64,000 nucleotides of DNA from the NCBI GenBank assembly GCA_043228905.1, contig JBHGNT010000011.1, positions 11,408,001 to 11,472,000 on the forward strand. The letters are read 5' to 3'. The translations under genes were made by a program, and so were the position numbers. The DNA is from Azolla caroliniana (lineage: Eukaryota; Plantae; Polypodiophyta). The notes below the pieces were generated by a model, which saw only the letters and a list, made by a program, of their open reading frames with translations, was not told the DNA's origin and did no database searches. Every line of letters starts with the position of its first letter. Position 1 is the first letter of the stretch. This document shows positions 10,478-22,877 of the stretch, piece after piece.

Positions 10478-12530
10478 CCCCAGTCGTGCAACCGTCAAAT
10501 CAGACGCAATCTTTCCAGGTGTTTATGGATGCTTATGACATAGCCATCGAAAGCACACTGATGTAGAAAACACCACCAAACTGGTATCGTCCTATCTATT
10601 ACGCTAGCCGAAGACTCTCCATGGCTGAAAAGAACTACTCCACCATGGAACGAGAAGCACTTGGCATGATTTATAGCATCACTAAATTTCGTCATTACCT
10701 ACTCGGCCAAAAATTCACTTTTCACATCGATCATTCAGCACTTCTATACCTCGTTGACAAGCAAGCATTAACCGGTCGGCTCACACGGTGGATGCTCCTT
10801 CTACAAGAATTTGACTTCGATATCCAACATTGACCAGGAGTACAGCATGCGGTCGCAGACTACCTCAGTCGTCTCGAATCAGGGAACCAGCCAAAATGGA
10901 GTATGATGAATTACTTGACGCCAGCTTGTTCAGCCTTGATGCCACAACCCTTGCCGCCGATCACAAGGACATATGGATTACGGAAATGACGCAATTCCTT
11001 AGCACCAACCTTCCACCCGAACACTTAACACTAGACGTCAAGAAACGATTGGTGGTTCGAAGCTGAAATTTCTATCTGTTCACCAACACTATATCATAAA
11101 GGCTCACACAACATTTGGTGACACGCAGTACGACAATTCGAGAAAGATGCAGTTTTACACGATGCCCATCACGGTATAGTCGGCGACCACTATGCGGGCG
11201 ACACCACAGCTCGAAAGATTTGGCAAAGCGGATTATGGTGGCTAACCACGAAAAAAGATGCTCTCAAATTTTGTAAACGATGCGATCTCTGTCAGCGCAT
11301 GGGCTAGCCACGCACGCAAGACCAGATGCCTATCCAACCGATCCTCCCTTTAGAACCCTTTCAGAAATGGGGATTGGATTTCATAGAGCCATTTAAACCA
11401 CCCACAACCCGAACAGGCAACAAATATATAGTCATGGCTACTGACTATTGCACGAAATGGGTCAAAGCGAAAGCATTACGCAACAACACGGCCATGTTGA
11501 TAGCCAAATTCGTGGATGAATACTTGTGTCAATTTGGTTTCCCAATCGAGCTCGTGAGTGACCAAGGGGGCCACTTTCTCAACCGTCTTATCCACAAGTA
11601 AACCTACCATTACGTTGCGGTGCATAAGAAGAGCACACCCTACTACCCCCAAGCCAACGGACTGGCCGAGTCTATGAATAAGACCCTGCAAACGATTCTC
11701 AAGAAAATCGTGAATGATCATCAGACGGATTGGGATGATAAATTACACGATGCCCTATGGGCCTACTGCAGTGCAGTCAAGACAAGCATCAGCTCCACGC
11801 CCTTTCGGATGGATTTCGGCTTTGAAGTCGTGATGCCGATCAAATTTTAGGTTCTGAACCTCCGACTGTAAGTAACAGAACGATTGTCCGAATCCGAGTC
11901 CGAACACAAACAACTAGAACAATTACTCGAACTCAAGGAAGAACGAATAGCCAGTCTCAACCAAGGCCAACGAAAAAGGAAAGCCTTCGTGGATCGACAT
12001 CGTCGAGAAACCAAAAAGTCATTCGAGGTCGGCACATCGGTCCTTGTGTTCCAAACATGGCTCGGGTTAATGCCAAGGAAACTTCAGTTTCGGTGGATGG
12101 AACCATCCTAGATTGTCAACGATTTCAACGGAACGTTCCAGCTCAGCACATTGGCCGAGGAAATCTTGAAGAAGTGGTTCAACGGATTTCGATTGAAGCC
12201 ATACCACGGCCCGACACCACCAAACCCCTTCGCTGAACAACAGCACAACTACGATCAACTCGTGGTAAGTAGAACAGAGGATTTCGGGGGCACCACGCCC
12301 CAATCACGGTAAACTCCCCTACCTACTTCCATAGTGTGTACTATAATTATGGGGGTGGGGGGGGGGGGGGGGAATATATAAAGGCCATGCATGCCATACG
12401 AGAAAAGCAAGTACTAACAGTTCACATGACGCGTAGTCTTAACTCCCAGTATGGCCGGGAAGATTCTGAATCTAGGGCATAAGGCCATGTCTCAAGAATC
12501 GAGACACATACAAAAAGAATTGAGACAGAC

Positions 12531-15272
12531 ATGACGATCGAAGTATCTAAAGAACTCCGCACTTGGCTCAGCAGGCATAGTCTGGGAGGATACCTCCGCA
12601 TCCTCGACACCGCTCCACGCCCCAAAGCAAAGGTAGTAGCCAAGAAGGTACATCTTGACACCATCACCAACAATAAGATCTTCTTGGCACTTAGTTTGCA
12701 ATGTGGGGGTAAACATAACGTCGACGCTCCGCCACAACACATTCAATATTTCGGAGAATACTCCATGCATAAGCAAAGGCCCATCACACGCACGGAGGCC
12801 CCAATGAATTCTTCAGAAATCTAGCCCATTTTCTTTTGGAGTATGGATGTATCACCGCCAATGCACATAGCATACTCAAGAAGAGGGTCGGCTTAATCAT
12901 CACGGCATATCGAGGCGGAGCTGTCGATTGGAGTATACTCACTAGGGAAGGAATTTGTGTTGCATTGGCCTCCTTCCAATCAGGTAAGCGTTTCCTTCCA
13001 GTGTTGGCATAGTATCTGGCCATACTTTACCCTCCCCAAACCAGGGACACACCTCGCCCAACGTTGGCCATACCAGCTCTACCCACCCAAGATAGAAAAC
13101 CAAGAGCCCTATAGTTGCCACAGGACGAATGGCAGGACGAAACACCAGCCCGCACCCCAACCTCACCTCGAGCCGAGTCGAAGAACCATGAGGCCCCTAA
13201 CAACATTACCATTCGGGAGAGTGACAAACCTCAATCCTCCACGATCCGTATCACGTCCCCACAACCCGCGACCACTCCACGCCAGACCCTGAGCAAAAAA
13301 CAGACAACCAAAAATCTGGTATGGGTACAGATCACTCTCGGCGACCCAACATAAGCGAGATCGCAACAAACTTGCGGCCCCAAAACTCAACCCTACCAAG
13401 AAACACCAACTACAATATCACAGCAAGGAAGGAACAACCGCAGACTCCTCAACTGAGGACCGACAACTGGTCAACGTACCAAAGAAGACAATCGCAGTCG
13501 TCATGGCTAAACCCCTCGCTCTGACCGATCAGATCGAACAAGGGCAACAATCATGGTTCTCAAAGGAGGGTAATGACCTTCAAGGACTTACCAGCCGAAT
13601 CACGTGAGCTCTGTGCCATTTTACAACATCACACGACTTACGAGCTCATTGATTTCCTTGCCCGCCTCCAAGTAGTTGTTGCGGCTTGCATGGCCCAAGG
13701 ACACGCCGAACAACAAATGGTGGAAAGTTGGCCAACAAAATGGAACCTAACGACGAGCCCAAGTTCCAAAAAGTAGGATGGAAGAGAGCCACGAAGAAAC
13801 GTCGCACACGCACTGAGCTACCCGACCTCAACACGACACTTATCGAGGTTTGCCATGAGCTAGCAAGGGACTACACGCGCGACTAAAGATATGGTTGTTA
13901 GTAGCAAAGAAGCACGGAAGCAAGCCAAGACCACCACCGAGTTGTGGCAAGCATCGGAACACCGCTTGGCCGCACTAGAGGCACGACTCCAGACAAACAT
14001 TGAGTCTGCTTTGCTCGGCTTGCCCCCACCCACACGAAGTGTCAACCCAAACAAAACTATGAAGTTGTGTCGAGTTGGTCGATATATCTACCCAAACAGA
14101 ACCACCCAGCCCCTGCGCGATGCACGATGAAACAACCTAAACCGAGGGCGATCACAACACGGCTCTGTTCAAAGATGCTATCCGTCGATGTAAGGAAGAA
14201 CTTATCATTCAAATAGCCATCGCGGACAAAGCTCGAGGAACGTTACGGCACAGCCAAAGCCGAGGCAACCGAAATAAAGGAGCAACCAACGAAAAGGGAA
14301 GCTGAGCTATAAAAACTGCTCCACGACCAAATGACCAAGCTCTAGGAGACAGAAAACAATGTCGCAGCCGCTCTCAAGACTACACAAGATATAGTGGCCA
14401 CATAAATAACATTTCTACACAAGGAGCTTGTGGAATTACAGGAGCGCTCCAGTCAATTCCTACAAAAATTGAACCAAACCGAGTAGGAGCAATGCCAACT
14501 AGCGGACTCCCTTCACCAACATCAAATGAATTCAGCATTGGAACTCGAAAGGCAACGCGAGAAGTATTTGAAGGAATCAGCCGACAACACAAATCGTCTC
14601 CTTCACCGGTTCGACCAATTAACAGACGAGACAGAGGCAAGGATCGCCACCCTCAACACGTCATGCGAGATCATCAAAATCAAACTATAGTGGAAAGCGG
14701 AAAAAGCTAAAAAAGAAACAATCACACTCCAAGCCAAATACGACGTGCGTGAGGAACGAATCCACACCTTGGTGGTCAAACAATAATAGAATCTCAACCG
14801 GAAGGTCGAAGAAACTCTCGCCAATGGTTGGAAGGAATGTCGGCTCAAGCAGCCGAACTCCAAGTTTTACGGGCTAACACCGAAAATCGAAAGAAAGAAG
14901 GTTGCGGGCTCTATAAAATGGACGAAAATAGCATACAAATGGTCCGAGAAGACGTCACTAAGGATTTCCACACCTTGGCAAAAACGCACACCACGGCAAT
15001 CGAAAGCCTCCTTGAGGAATTCAACGACGACCAATTGCTGTTGATGCTTGAAACTGAACGGGCCTTCATGGAAACAACATGGCAACCAGACCACGAAAAG
15101 GAAGCCTTCACCCCACCAGCAACAAGGACAAATATCGACCACGAGCCTGATTTCTCGAGCAAGTAGACCCCACAAAACGAGCTGGAACCTGCTATCTCGG
15201 TGGCTACGATGGAGGAAACAACCATGCACCCAACCTCCGAAGGCATCCTCGACATTTTGACCGAGGAATGAG
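12531..15272 (+). pseudogene. Decayed extra ORF(s) downstream of Gypsy pol, with coiled-coil-like C-terminal part
   Basis: Chain of same-strand ORF fragments (12531, 13573, 13891, 14828) rich in E/K/Q/L, lying between integrase and the putative PPT. Confidence 0.5.
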
Positions 15273-15459
15273 TGTACCATAAAAATTTTGCGGATCTCTT
15301 TTTTTTTTTTATGGTGGGTTCGACGTGTGCAGGCACTTTCCCACAGGCATGCCAGGTGTTGTCTGTGGGACAGATCGGTAATTTGGGTATGAAACAAATC
15401 TGGATGTAGGTGAAGTAAGCAACCGTAACAGGGAAGGTAGCGAAGATAATGCAACTGTG

Positions 15460-18400
15460 TGTCGAAATTCCGTGCTCGGCCACAACCGAGGAACAGGATC
15501 GATTCACAGAAAACGGGAAATACAACAATGCACGAAAAACAATAGAGAGAAGGGCACACTGGATGTTTTACGTGGAAAACCCTAAATGGGAAAAACCACG
15601 GGAGTGCAAGACTCCAACTATCACTATACGTGGGAATGTACAATGGCGAGCTGCAAGGCGACGACCTTGAGCTCGCTGTCCTCGCCACAGGCGGCGGTAT
15701 TACACAGAGGCGTCGACCTCTTCCTTCCTCCTTCTCTCTCACTCTCACTCGGCTGCTCTCACTTCGCTCCCTCTTAGTGGAAAACAGAAAAATGAGCAAC
15801 AACATCCTTAACTGTTTGCCCTAAGTCATATTTATACACATATGACTTTCGGGCTATTTACAAATATAGCCTCAAGGGCTCTTGGCAAACATATTCACAA
15901 ATATGTCTCCGCATCCGGATCTCTCTCCGGGTACATTCGTCATCCGGCTCCGTAACCGGGGTCTTCATCATCCGGCTCCGTAACCGCAACCGGGCTTGCC
16001 GTCATTCATCTCCGGACATCCCATCCGGAGGGACCGAAATCCCAACAAACTCCCCCTTCACTTCGGCATGGGATGTCTCTCCAGTCCGATCCTCTTCCGG
16101 CATGCTTCCAGCTTGTCGGGTGTGAGCACCTTGGTCAGCATATCCGACCCGTTCTCGTCCGTGTGGACCTTCGTCAGCACGAACTCCTTGTCTTCTATCC
16201 TTTCCCGGATCCAGTGATATCTTCGCTGGATGTGCTTCGTCCGGGAGTGATAAGCCGCGTTCTTCGCAAGGTGGATGGCACTCTGACTGTCGCAGTAGAG
16301 TCGGTACTCCTCCTGCTGGATACCGAGCTCTCTAATGAAGTCCTTCATCCATATTATTTCCTTGCCGGCTTCAACAGCCGCCATGTACTCCGCCTCCGTG
16401 GTTGACAACGCAACCGTCTTCTGCAGCCTCGACTGCCATGAAACAGCTCCCCCTGCATACGTCATCACATACCCTGATGTGGACCGGCTGGTATCTGCAT
16501 CAGCCGACATATCCGAATCGGTAAAGCCGTCGAGTTCGGGCTTACCGGAGCCGAATCGGAGGCACACGTTGGTCGTGCCCTTCAGGTATCGGAGTATCCA
16601 TTTGGCCGCGTTCCAATGCTCTTTGCCGGGATTGCTCATGTACCGGCTCACCACTCCGACTGCGTATCCAATGTCCGGTCTTGTACACACCATTGCGTAC
16701 ATCAAGCTTCCGACGGCAGAGGCATATGGCACTTTCATCATGTCCTCCTTCTCAGCCTTTGTCTTGGGGCTTTGCTTGCTGGACAACTTGCAGTTTGCCG
16801 GGAGGGTTGACCCGACCGGTCTTGCTTCCGACATGTTGAACCGTTGAAGCACCTTTGTCACGTACTTCTCCTGTGACAGCCACAACTGCTTCTTCTTCCG
16901 GTCCCGGATGATGTGCATCCCTAATATTTGCCTCGCCGGACCCAAGTCCTTCATTGAGAAGGTTCGGTGAAGAGCCTTCTTCAGCATCCGTATCTTGACC
17001 TGGTCCCGTCCGACGATCAACATGTCGTCCACGTACAGGAGGAGTATTAGAAAGTCTCCTCCTTCGAACTTCTTCACAAACACGCAGTGATCAGACTGCG
17101 TTTTGTGGTACCCTTCGTCGGTCATGAAGGAGTCGAACTTCCGGTACCATTGCCGGGGAGCCTGCTTCAGTCCGTAAAGGCTCTTCTTCAACCGGCATAC
17201 CAGGTGCTCCTTCCCTTTCTTCTCGAATCCTTCCGGTTGCTGCATGTAGATCTCTTCTTCGAGGTCACCGTGAAGGAATGCCGTCTTCACGTCCATCTGT
17301 TCTACCTCGAGGTCCATGCTTGCCGCTATGCTCAGCACCGTCCGGATGGAGGTCATCTTCACTACCGGGGCAAATATCTCGTCGAAGTCGACGCCCTTCT
17401 TCTGCTGAAACCCCTTCACCACGATCCGGGCTTTGTATCTCGGGGGGTTTCCGGCATCTCCCGGTTTCAGCTTGAACACCCACTTGTTTCGAAGTGCCCG
17501 CTTTCCTTTCGGCAACTCCACAAGTTCATATGTGTGGTTCTCATGCAGGGAATCCATCTCGTCCTGCATGGCACTCAACCACCTGCGGCTCTGGGTGTCA
17601 TGCTTTGCTTCTTCAAAGCTCTCCGGCTCCCCTTCGTCGGTTAGCAGCACGTGCTCTGGTTCCGGAAATCTCCGGGGGGCCCTTCTCTCTCTTAGAGGAT
17701 ATCTCCGTTCCGGAGCTTCGGTAACCGGTTCTTCCGATTCTTCTTCATCCGAATCCATTTCGGGATCGGGGCCGGTTCCGGTATCATTTTCATCTTCTTC
17801 GGCCGGTTCTGTTTCTTCACCGTCTTCGGCCGGATCCTCGAGTGCTAACCGGTCTCTTGCCGGTCGGGACTACTCCTCGTAGAGTTGATCCTCACCGGTC
17901 GACTTGGAGCTCTTCATCTTCTTCTCCGACTCCCAGTCGGCAAGTGTCTTGTTCTCCATGAAGATGATATCACGACTCCGGAATATCTTCTTGTCGACCG
18001 GGTCCCATACTCGGTAGCCGAACTCGTCATCGCCGTAACCGAGGAATATGCATGGTCGGGTCTTTGGATCTAGCTTTCCTCTCCGGTCCTTAGCCACATG
18101 CACATATGCGAGGCACCCGAACACCTTCAGATGCAGGTAGGATACTTCCCTACCGGTCCACACTCTCTGCGGCGTGTCTCCGTCCAAAGGTACTGAGGGT
18201 GATCTATTTATCACGTATGTCGCCGTCGACATCGCCTCAGCCCAAAACCCCTTGGGTAATTTCGCATGCGCTAGCATACTCCGGACCCTCTCCATTATGG
18301 TCCGGTTCATCCTCTCGGCCAGCCCGTTCAATTCCGGCGTCTTCGGCACAGTAAACTCGAGCCGGATTCCCTTCGAGCGACAGTACTCCGCGAACTGCCC

Positions 18401-20806
18401 CCGGTATTCTCCTCCGTTATCCGCTCGTATCGCTTTCAGCTTCTTGCCGGATTCTCTTTCCACTCTCCCGTGGAGTTCTTTGAAGACGGACAACACTTGG
18501 TCCTTTGTCTTCAACGGTGCCGTCCACAGCTTCCGGCTGTGATCATCAATGAAAGTCACGAAGTACTGGGCTCCGCCATGTGACTTCGTTTCTACCTGAC
18601 ACACATCAGTGTGCACCAACTCCAATGGTGCGCTACGTCTCGTTGGTGGCCTTGAGTGGAAGGAGGTTCGGTTTTGTTTACCGGCCAGGCAATCGGTGCA
18701 CTTCTCCAGGTGCACATGCTTCACTGGAATAAGGTTGTCTTCTGCAAGCCTCTTCATCCCCTTCTCACTCATGTGGCACAGTCTTTTGTGCCACAGCTCA
18801 CCGGCAGTGTCGGCTGCCACATTCAGCTCTTCCGGACACAACCAGGCATTCATAAGGTACAGTGTGTTGACTTTCCGGGCCCGAGCCACTATCAGGCTTC
18901 CCTTGCTGAACTTCATTACGCCGTTCCGGATGCTACCTGTGTAGCCTTCATCGTCTAGCCTCCCGGCCGAAATCAGGTTCAATCGAACCTCCGGAACGTG
19001 TCGGACATCCTTCAGCAGCATTTTGCATCCGGTCGGGGTTGTCAACCATACGTCTCCTATGCCGCCAATCCGGCACGTACCTTCATTTCCCATCCGAACA
19101 CAGCCATGTTCACCGGCTGTGTAGGATGAGAAGTATCTACTTTCCGGGGTCAGGTGGAACGACGCTCCGGAATCGACCACCCAGGTAGTCTCATCGCCGG
19201 CAATGTTTAGTTCACCTTCTTCGGTGATGAGCATGATCTCCTCTTCACTTGCCGCGAGTGCCGTCGTTCCTTTCCGGTCCTGCCCTCGCCGATCCGGACC
19301 TCTCCGGTCCGTGGCTCCCCGGTATGCACCGTTTCTCTCCGGTGACTTCTTCGAATCGGTGTCGTCGGCTCCGTTGTCTTTTCGGTAATGCCGACAATTC
19401 TTCCGGAAGTGCCCCGGCTTCCCACAGTGGAAGCATGTGGGTCTTCCTCTTGACTGCGACCGGGTCCCCGACTTCTCCCGTCTTTGCGGACTCCGGTTCC
19501 ATTGTCTTCCCCGTTCCGATTCGGTAAGCAGCGCCTTCGAGTCGGAGACCGGTTCTTTATCTCTCCGACGCGCTTCTTCGTTCAAAATACTTGTCTTTAC
19601 CGTTTGTAGGGACAAGTTATCTTCGGTGCAGGAGGTGTTGAGAGTCACCACCAAGTTCTCCCAGCTGTCCGGCAATGTACACATCAGGATGATGGCTTGC
19701 ATTGCATCCTCCAACGGGAACTTGATCGCCGCAAGCTGGTTCACGAATCCCATGAACGTGCTTACGTGTTCCACCATACTCTCGCCGTCCCGGTACTTGA
19801 GGTTCACTATCTTTCTCATCAGGGAGGTCCGGTTCAACGCATTCTTCCTCTCGTAGAGGCCCGACAGCTTCCTCCACATCTCATATGCGTTGGTGTCGTT
19901 CGCCACGTGTTGTAGAACGCTCACGTCGACGTATTGCCGAATGGTTGCAACGGCTTTCCGGTTCAGAAGCCTCCACTCCGTCTCAAGTACCCCCTTGGGT
20001 ATTTCCGACCTGTCGATCGGTTCATACAGGTCCCGAACAATGAGCAGATCCTCCATCTTTATCTTCCAGTCGGCGTAGTTCTGCGCATTCAGCACCATCA
20101 TCCCCGGCTGCCCGCTGCTGCCGCCTTCCATTTTCTGTGTTACCGTCGCTCTGATACCAGTTTGTCGAAATTCCGTGCTCGGCCACAACCGAGGAACAGG
20201 ATCGATTCACAGAAAACGGGAAATACAACAATGCACGAAAAACAATAGAGAGAAGGGCACACTGGATGTTTTACGTGGAAAACCCTAAATGGGAAAAACC
20301 ACGGGAGTGCAAGACTCCAACTATCACTATACGCGGGAATGTACAATGGCGAGCTGCAAGGCGACGACCTTGAGCTCGCTGTCCTCGCCACAGGCGGCGG
20401 TATTACACAGAGGCGTCGACCTCTTCCTTCCTCCTTCTCTCTCACTCTCACTCGGCTGCTCTCACTTCGCTCCCTCTTAGTGGAAAACAGAAAAATGAGC
20501 AACAACATCCTTAACTGTTTGCCCTAAGTCATATTTATACACATATGACTTTCGGGCTATTTACAAATATAGCCTCAAGGGCTCTTGGCAAACATATTCA
20601 CAAATATGTCTCCGCATCCGGATCTCTCTCCGGGTACATTCGTCATCCGGCTCCGTAACCGGGGTCTTCATCATCCGGCTCCGTAACCGGGGTCTTCATC
20701 ATCCGGCTCCGTAGCCGGGGTCTTCATCATCCGGCTCCGTAACCGCAACCGGGCTTGCCGTCATTCATCTCCGGACATCCCATCCGGAGGGACCGAAATC
20801 CCAACA
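15460..20806 (-). mobile_element. Full-length Ty1/Copia (Tnt1/Tork-like) element
   Basis: LTRs 15460-16047 (588 bp) and 20163-20806 (644 bp), TSD CTGTG, tRNA-iMet PBS TGGTATCAGAGC (20148-20159), PPT GAAGGGGGAG next to 16047. Confidence 0.97.
16058..20131 (-). pseudogene. Copia gag-pol polyprotein with one premature TAG at 17870-17872
   Basis: Same 4074-nt length as 52066-56139, where this codon is CAG. Motifs: CFHCGKPGHFRKNC, VVDSGAS, HTDVC, LLYVDDML, TEAEY. Confidence 0.95.
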
Positions 20807-21076
20807 CTGTGAAACATGGAACCAAAACGAGTAAAGACTGAAGCACGCAAAGCGCGGAAAGCGAACTATAAAACCTGGTCTGTCTCTTAACTACATTTCT
20901 AAATAATAACTTCTCGGATTACAATCAGGTTTTTACGGCAAACCAATCGTTTCTGGGTACAAATCGGATTGCCGAGAAATCCCTCTCTCACCCTGACCTC
21001 CACCACATACCACAATCCCCTAATCTGATTACCATAGGAGTAAATCGAAGGTGTTGCTTCCAAGAAGGAGACAACA

Positions 21077-21618
21077 ACATACACATTCATTTTCCAACGT
21101 ATGCAAACGAATGTTATCGCCGACAAACACAATCGTGTGTGTTTTTTCCTTTTCTTCCCCTTTTCGTCTACACATCGATGCGACATTGAGTGCCTATCCG
21201 CTCCCATCCAGCCTTGAACGATCTGTTGCTTGAGCCTTGCATAGTGCAAACTAGTGACTGCACATCTTCTCCCACTATTAATTTTTGCATACCAACGAGA
21301 TACCAAGTTGTTCTCCTCTCCCATTCAGGTATATTTAGGGTTAATAGGGTTTACAGTTTAAAGTTTTAAACTTTAGGTCATAGTATGTAGTATGTAGTAA
21401 AAAAAATCTTTAGTTTTTTTATAATTTTATAATTTTTTGGTGATCTTTTTGTAATTTCTCTATAATTTCTATAATTTTTCTATAGTTTCTAGAGACCTAA
21501 TAATAGGTTGGGCGATCAAGGTGTCAAAGTTGGGCAATCTCTAACAATTTATTTTATCACGTATTTTTTTATCCAAATACGACGTTGCACATCGCACGCC
21601 ACCTTAGCTGAACAACAT
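21077..21618. repeat. Composite AT-rich modular repeat, left part (continues at 32230)
   Basis: 21265-21500 matches 32855-33060 and 21500-21618 matches 32535-32650. Split by the Copia at 21619 (TSD AACAT). Confidence 0.7.
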
Positions 21619-22877
21619 TGTGAATGTTAATGTGCAGAAGCGTTAGATAAAATTGGTTCAGCCGGATAGCAACAGAAAATGAGATGAAGGTTTAATGGAA
21701 AAGGCTTCAAACACAGAGGAGATAGAGAGAGCCGAACATAAAACTATATTCAAAAATTAACTCTAAAACTCTGTAAATACAACGTGCTAAACAACACTAT
21801 TTATACAAGTCCATAAAGGACTGATAGAAGTACTGACAGGTACTTCAATGCTCACAAGTTCGACCGACACTAACTACGAGACAATGATTACCTAGTAGTC
21901 TAGGCCACTACTAAGCTTCCGATTCCCGCTCGAATCCGGCTCTCCGATCTGACTGGTTGTTTCCGGATACCAATCCGGCTCATCCTTCTGGATCCGGTTG
22001 AGCTTGCTCACTCATCACTCCCCCTCAAGCTCAACTTGAGGTCGGATCTTGGTGTTGGTGTTCGCGGCAACCGGTTCTTCTACCCGGCTCCTTCTGGCGT
22101 TGCTCCACCTTGCTCGTATTCCTCGTCCGGTCCGGTCTTGTTTGCCGCAACCCTTCTAGTTCTGCGCACCTCGACCTCCTCGGTCGGCTTGTCTGCTCAA
22201 CAGGCCCATTTCAGCTCCCTTGTTGATGTGACTCTGGCACTTGTTGACCCGTCGGTTCCTCCGTGTTGGCGTCAACTTCCGCTGCGCCCGTGTCTGCTTG
22301 GCCTTTAGTTGATCCGGCTTCTCCGAATTGGTTTCCTTCGATTCGTTCCAGCTCTTGTCCAAGTCGATGTTCTCTGACTCTTCTTCCGGTTTTAGGCCCT
22401 TCACCACACCGGACCACGTCGGGTCTTGGCTGTTTTTTTCCGGTTGGCTCTATCCTTCTCGACTCTGCCGCCGCTGCCGCTTGTTCCGACCTTTTCGGAT
22501 GTGTCGACTCCTTCGGTCGGCTCGGCTTCCTTTTTCCTCTTGTCTCCCCCTTTGTTGGTTCTTTCTTCCTCTTCGGCTCCTTGTCCGGTGCCATCCGTTC
22601 CCTTTCCTTTTCTCCCCCTCAAGTGCGGCACGTTGAGATGTTGAACACCAAGCATTTTAGTGAAGTGTTGCAACTTGTCCAATCCGAGTAGTTTGGTGAA
22701 GATATCGGCAATTTGCCGATCCGTCTGAACATACCGAAGTTCGACTTCACCGCTCAAGTCCCACTCACGCACAAAGTGATAGTGGACTTCTATGTGCTTC
22801 GTCTAAGCATGGAACACAGGGTTCTTGGCGAGCTAAATGCTGCTCATGTTGTCACAATAGATCAGGATCGGGATCGG

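Larger units (their letters stand above)
7640..12240 (+). pseudogene. Gypsy gag-end/pol pseudogene (PR-RT-RH-INT)
   Basis: IIDGGSGVN (~8145), DAFPLPF..LDGFSG..MMFGLK..VFLDDF (9338-9715), EKNYSTMEREALG (10621), PFQKWGLDF and YYPQANGLAE (11326-11850). Many stops and frameshifts. Confidence 0.9.
7512..21079 (+). mobile_element. Decayed non-chromovirus Gypsy (Athila/Tat-like) element; probable 3' LTR ~15326-21079 split by a Copia
   Basis: Zn-knuckle HMPGHYATQCP at ~7650, then protease, RT, RNaseH, integrase and an extra 3' ORF. A T-run plus GGTGGG precedes TG at 15326. The right boundary is uncertain. Confidence 0.7.

Noticed and set aside
14867-15805. 312-aa and 205-aa minus-strand ORFs
   Set aside because: They span an LTR and the antisense of the host element; chimeric frames.
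17870-17872. Programmed stop read-through between INT and RT
   Set aside because: The sister copy has CAG, and the context TAG-TCC is not the CARYYA read-through signal. A simple C-to-T mutation is more likely.
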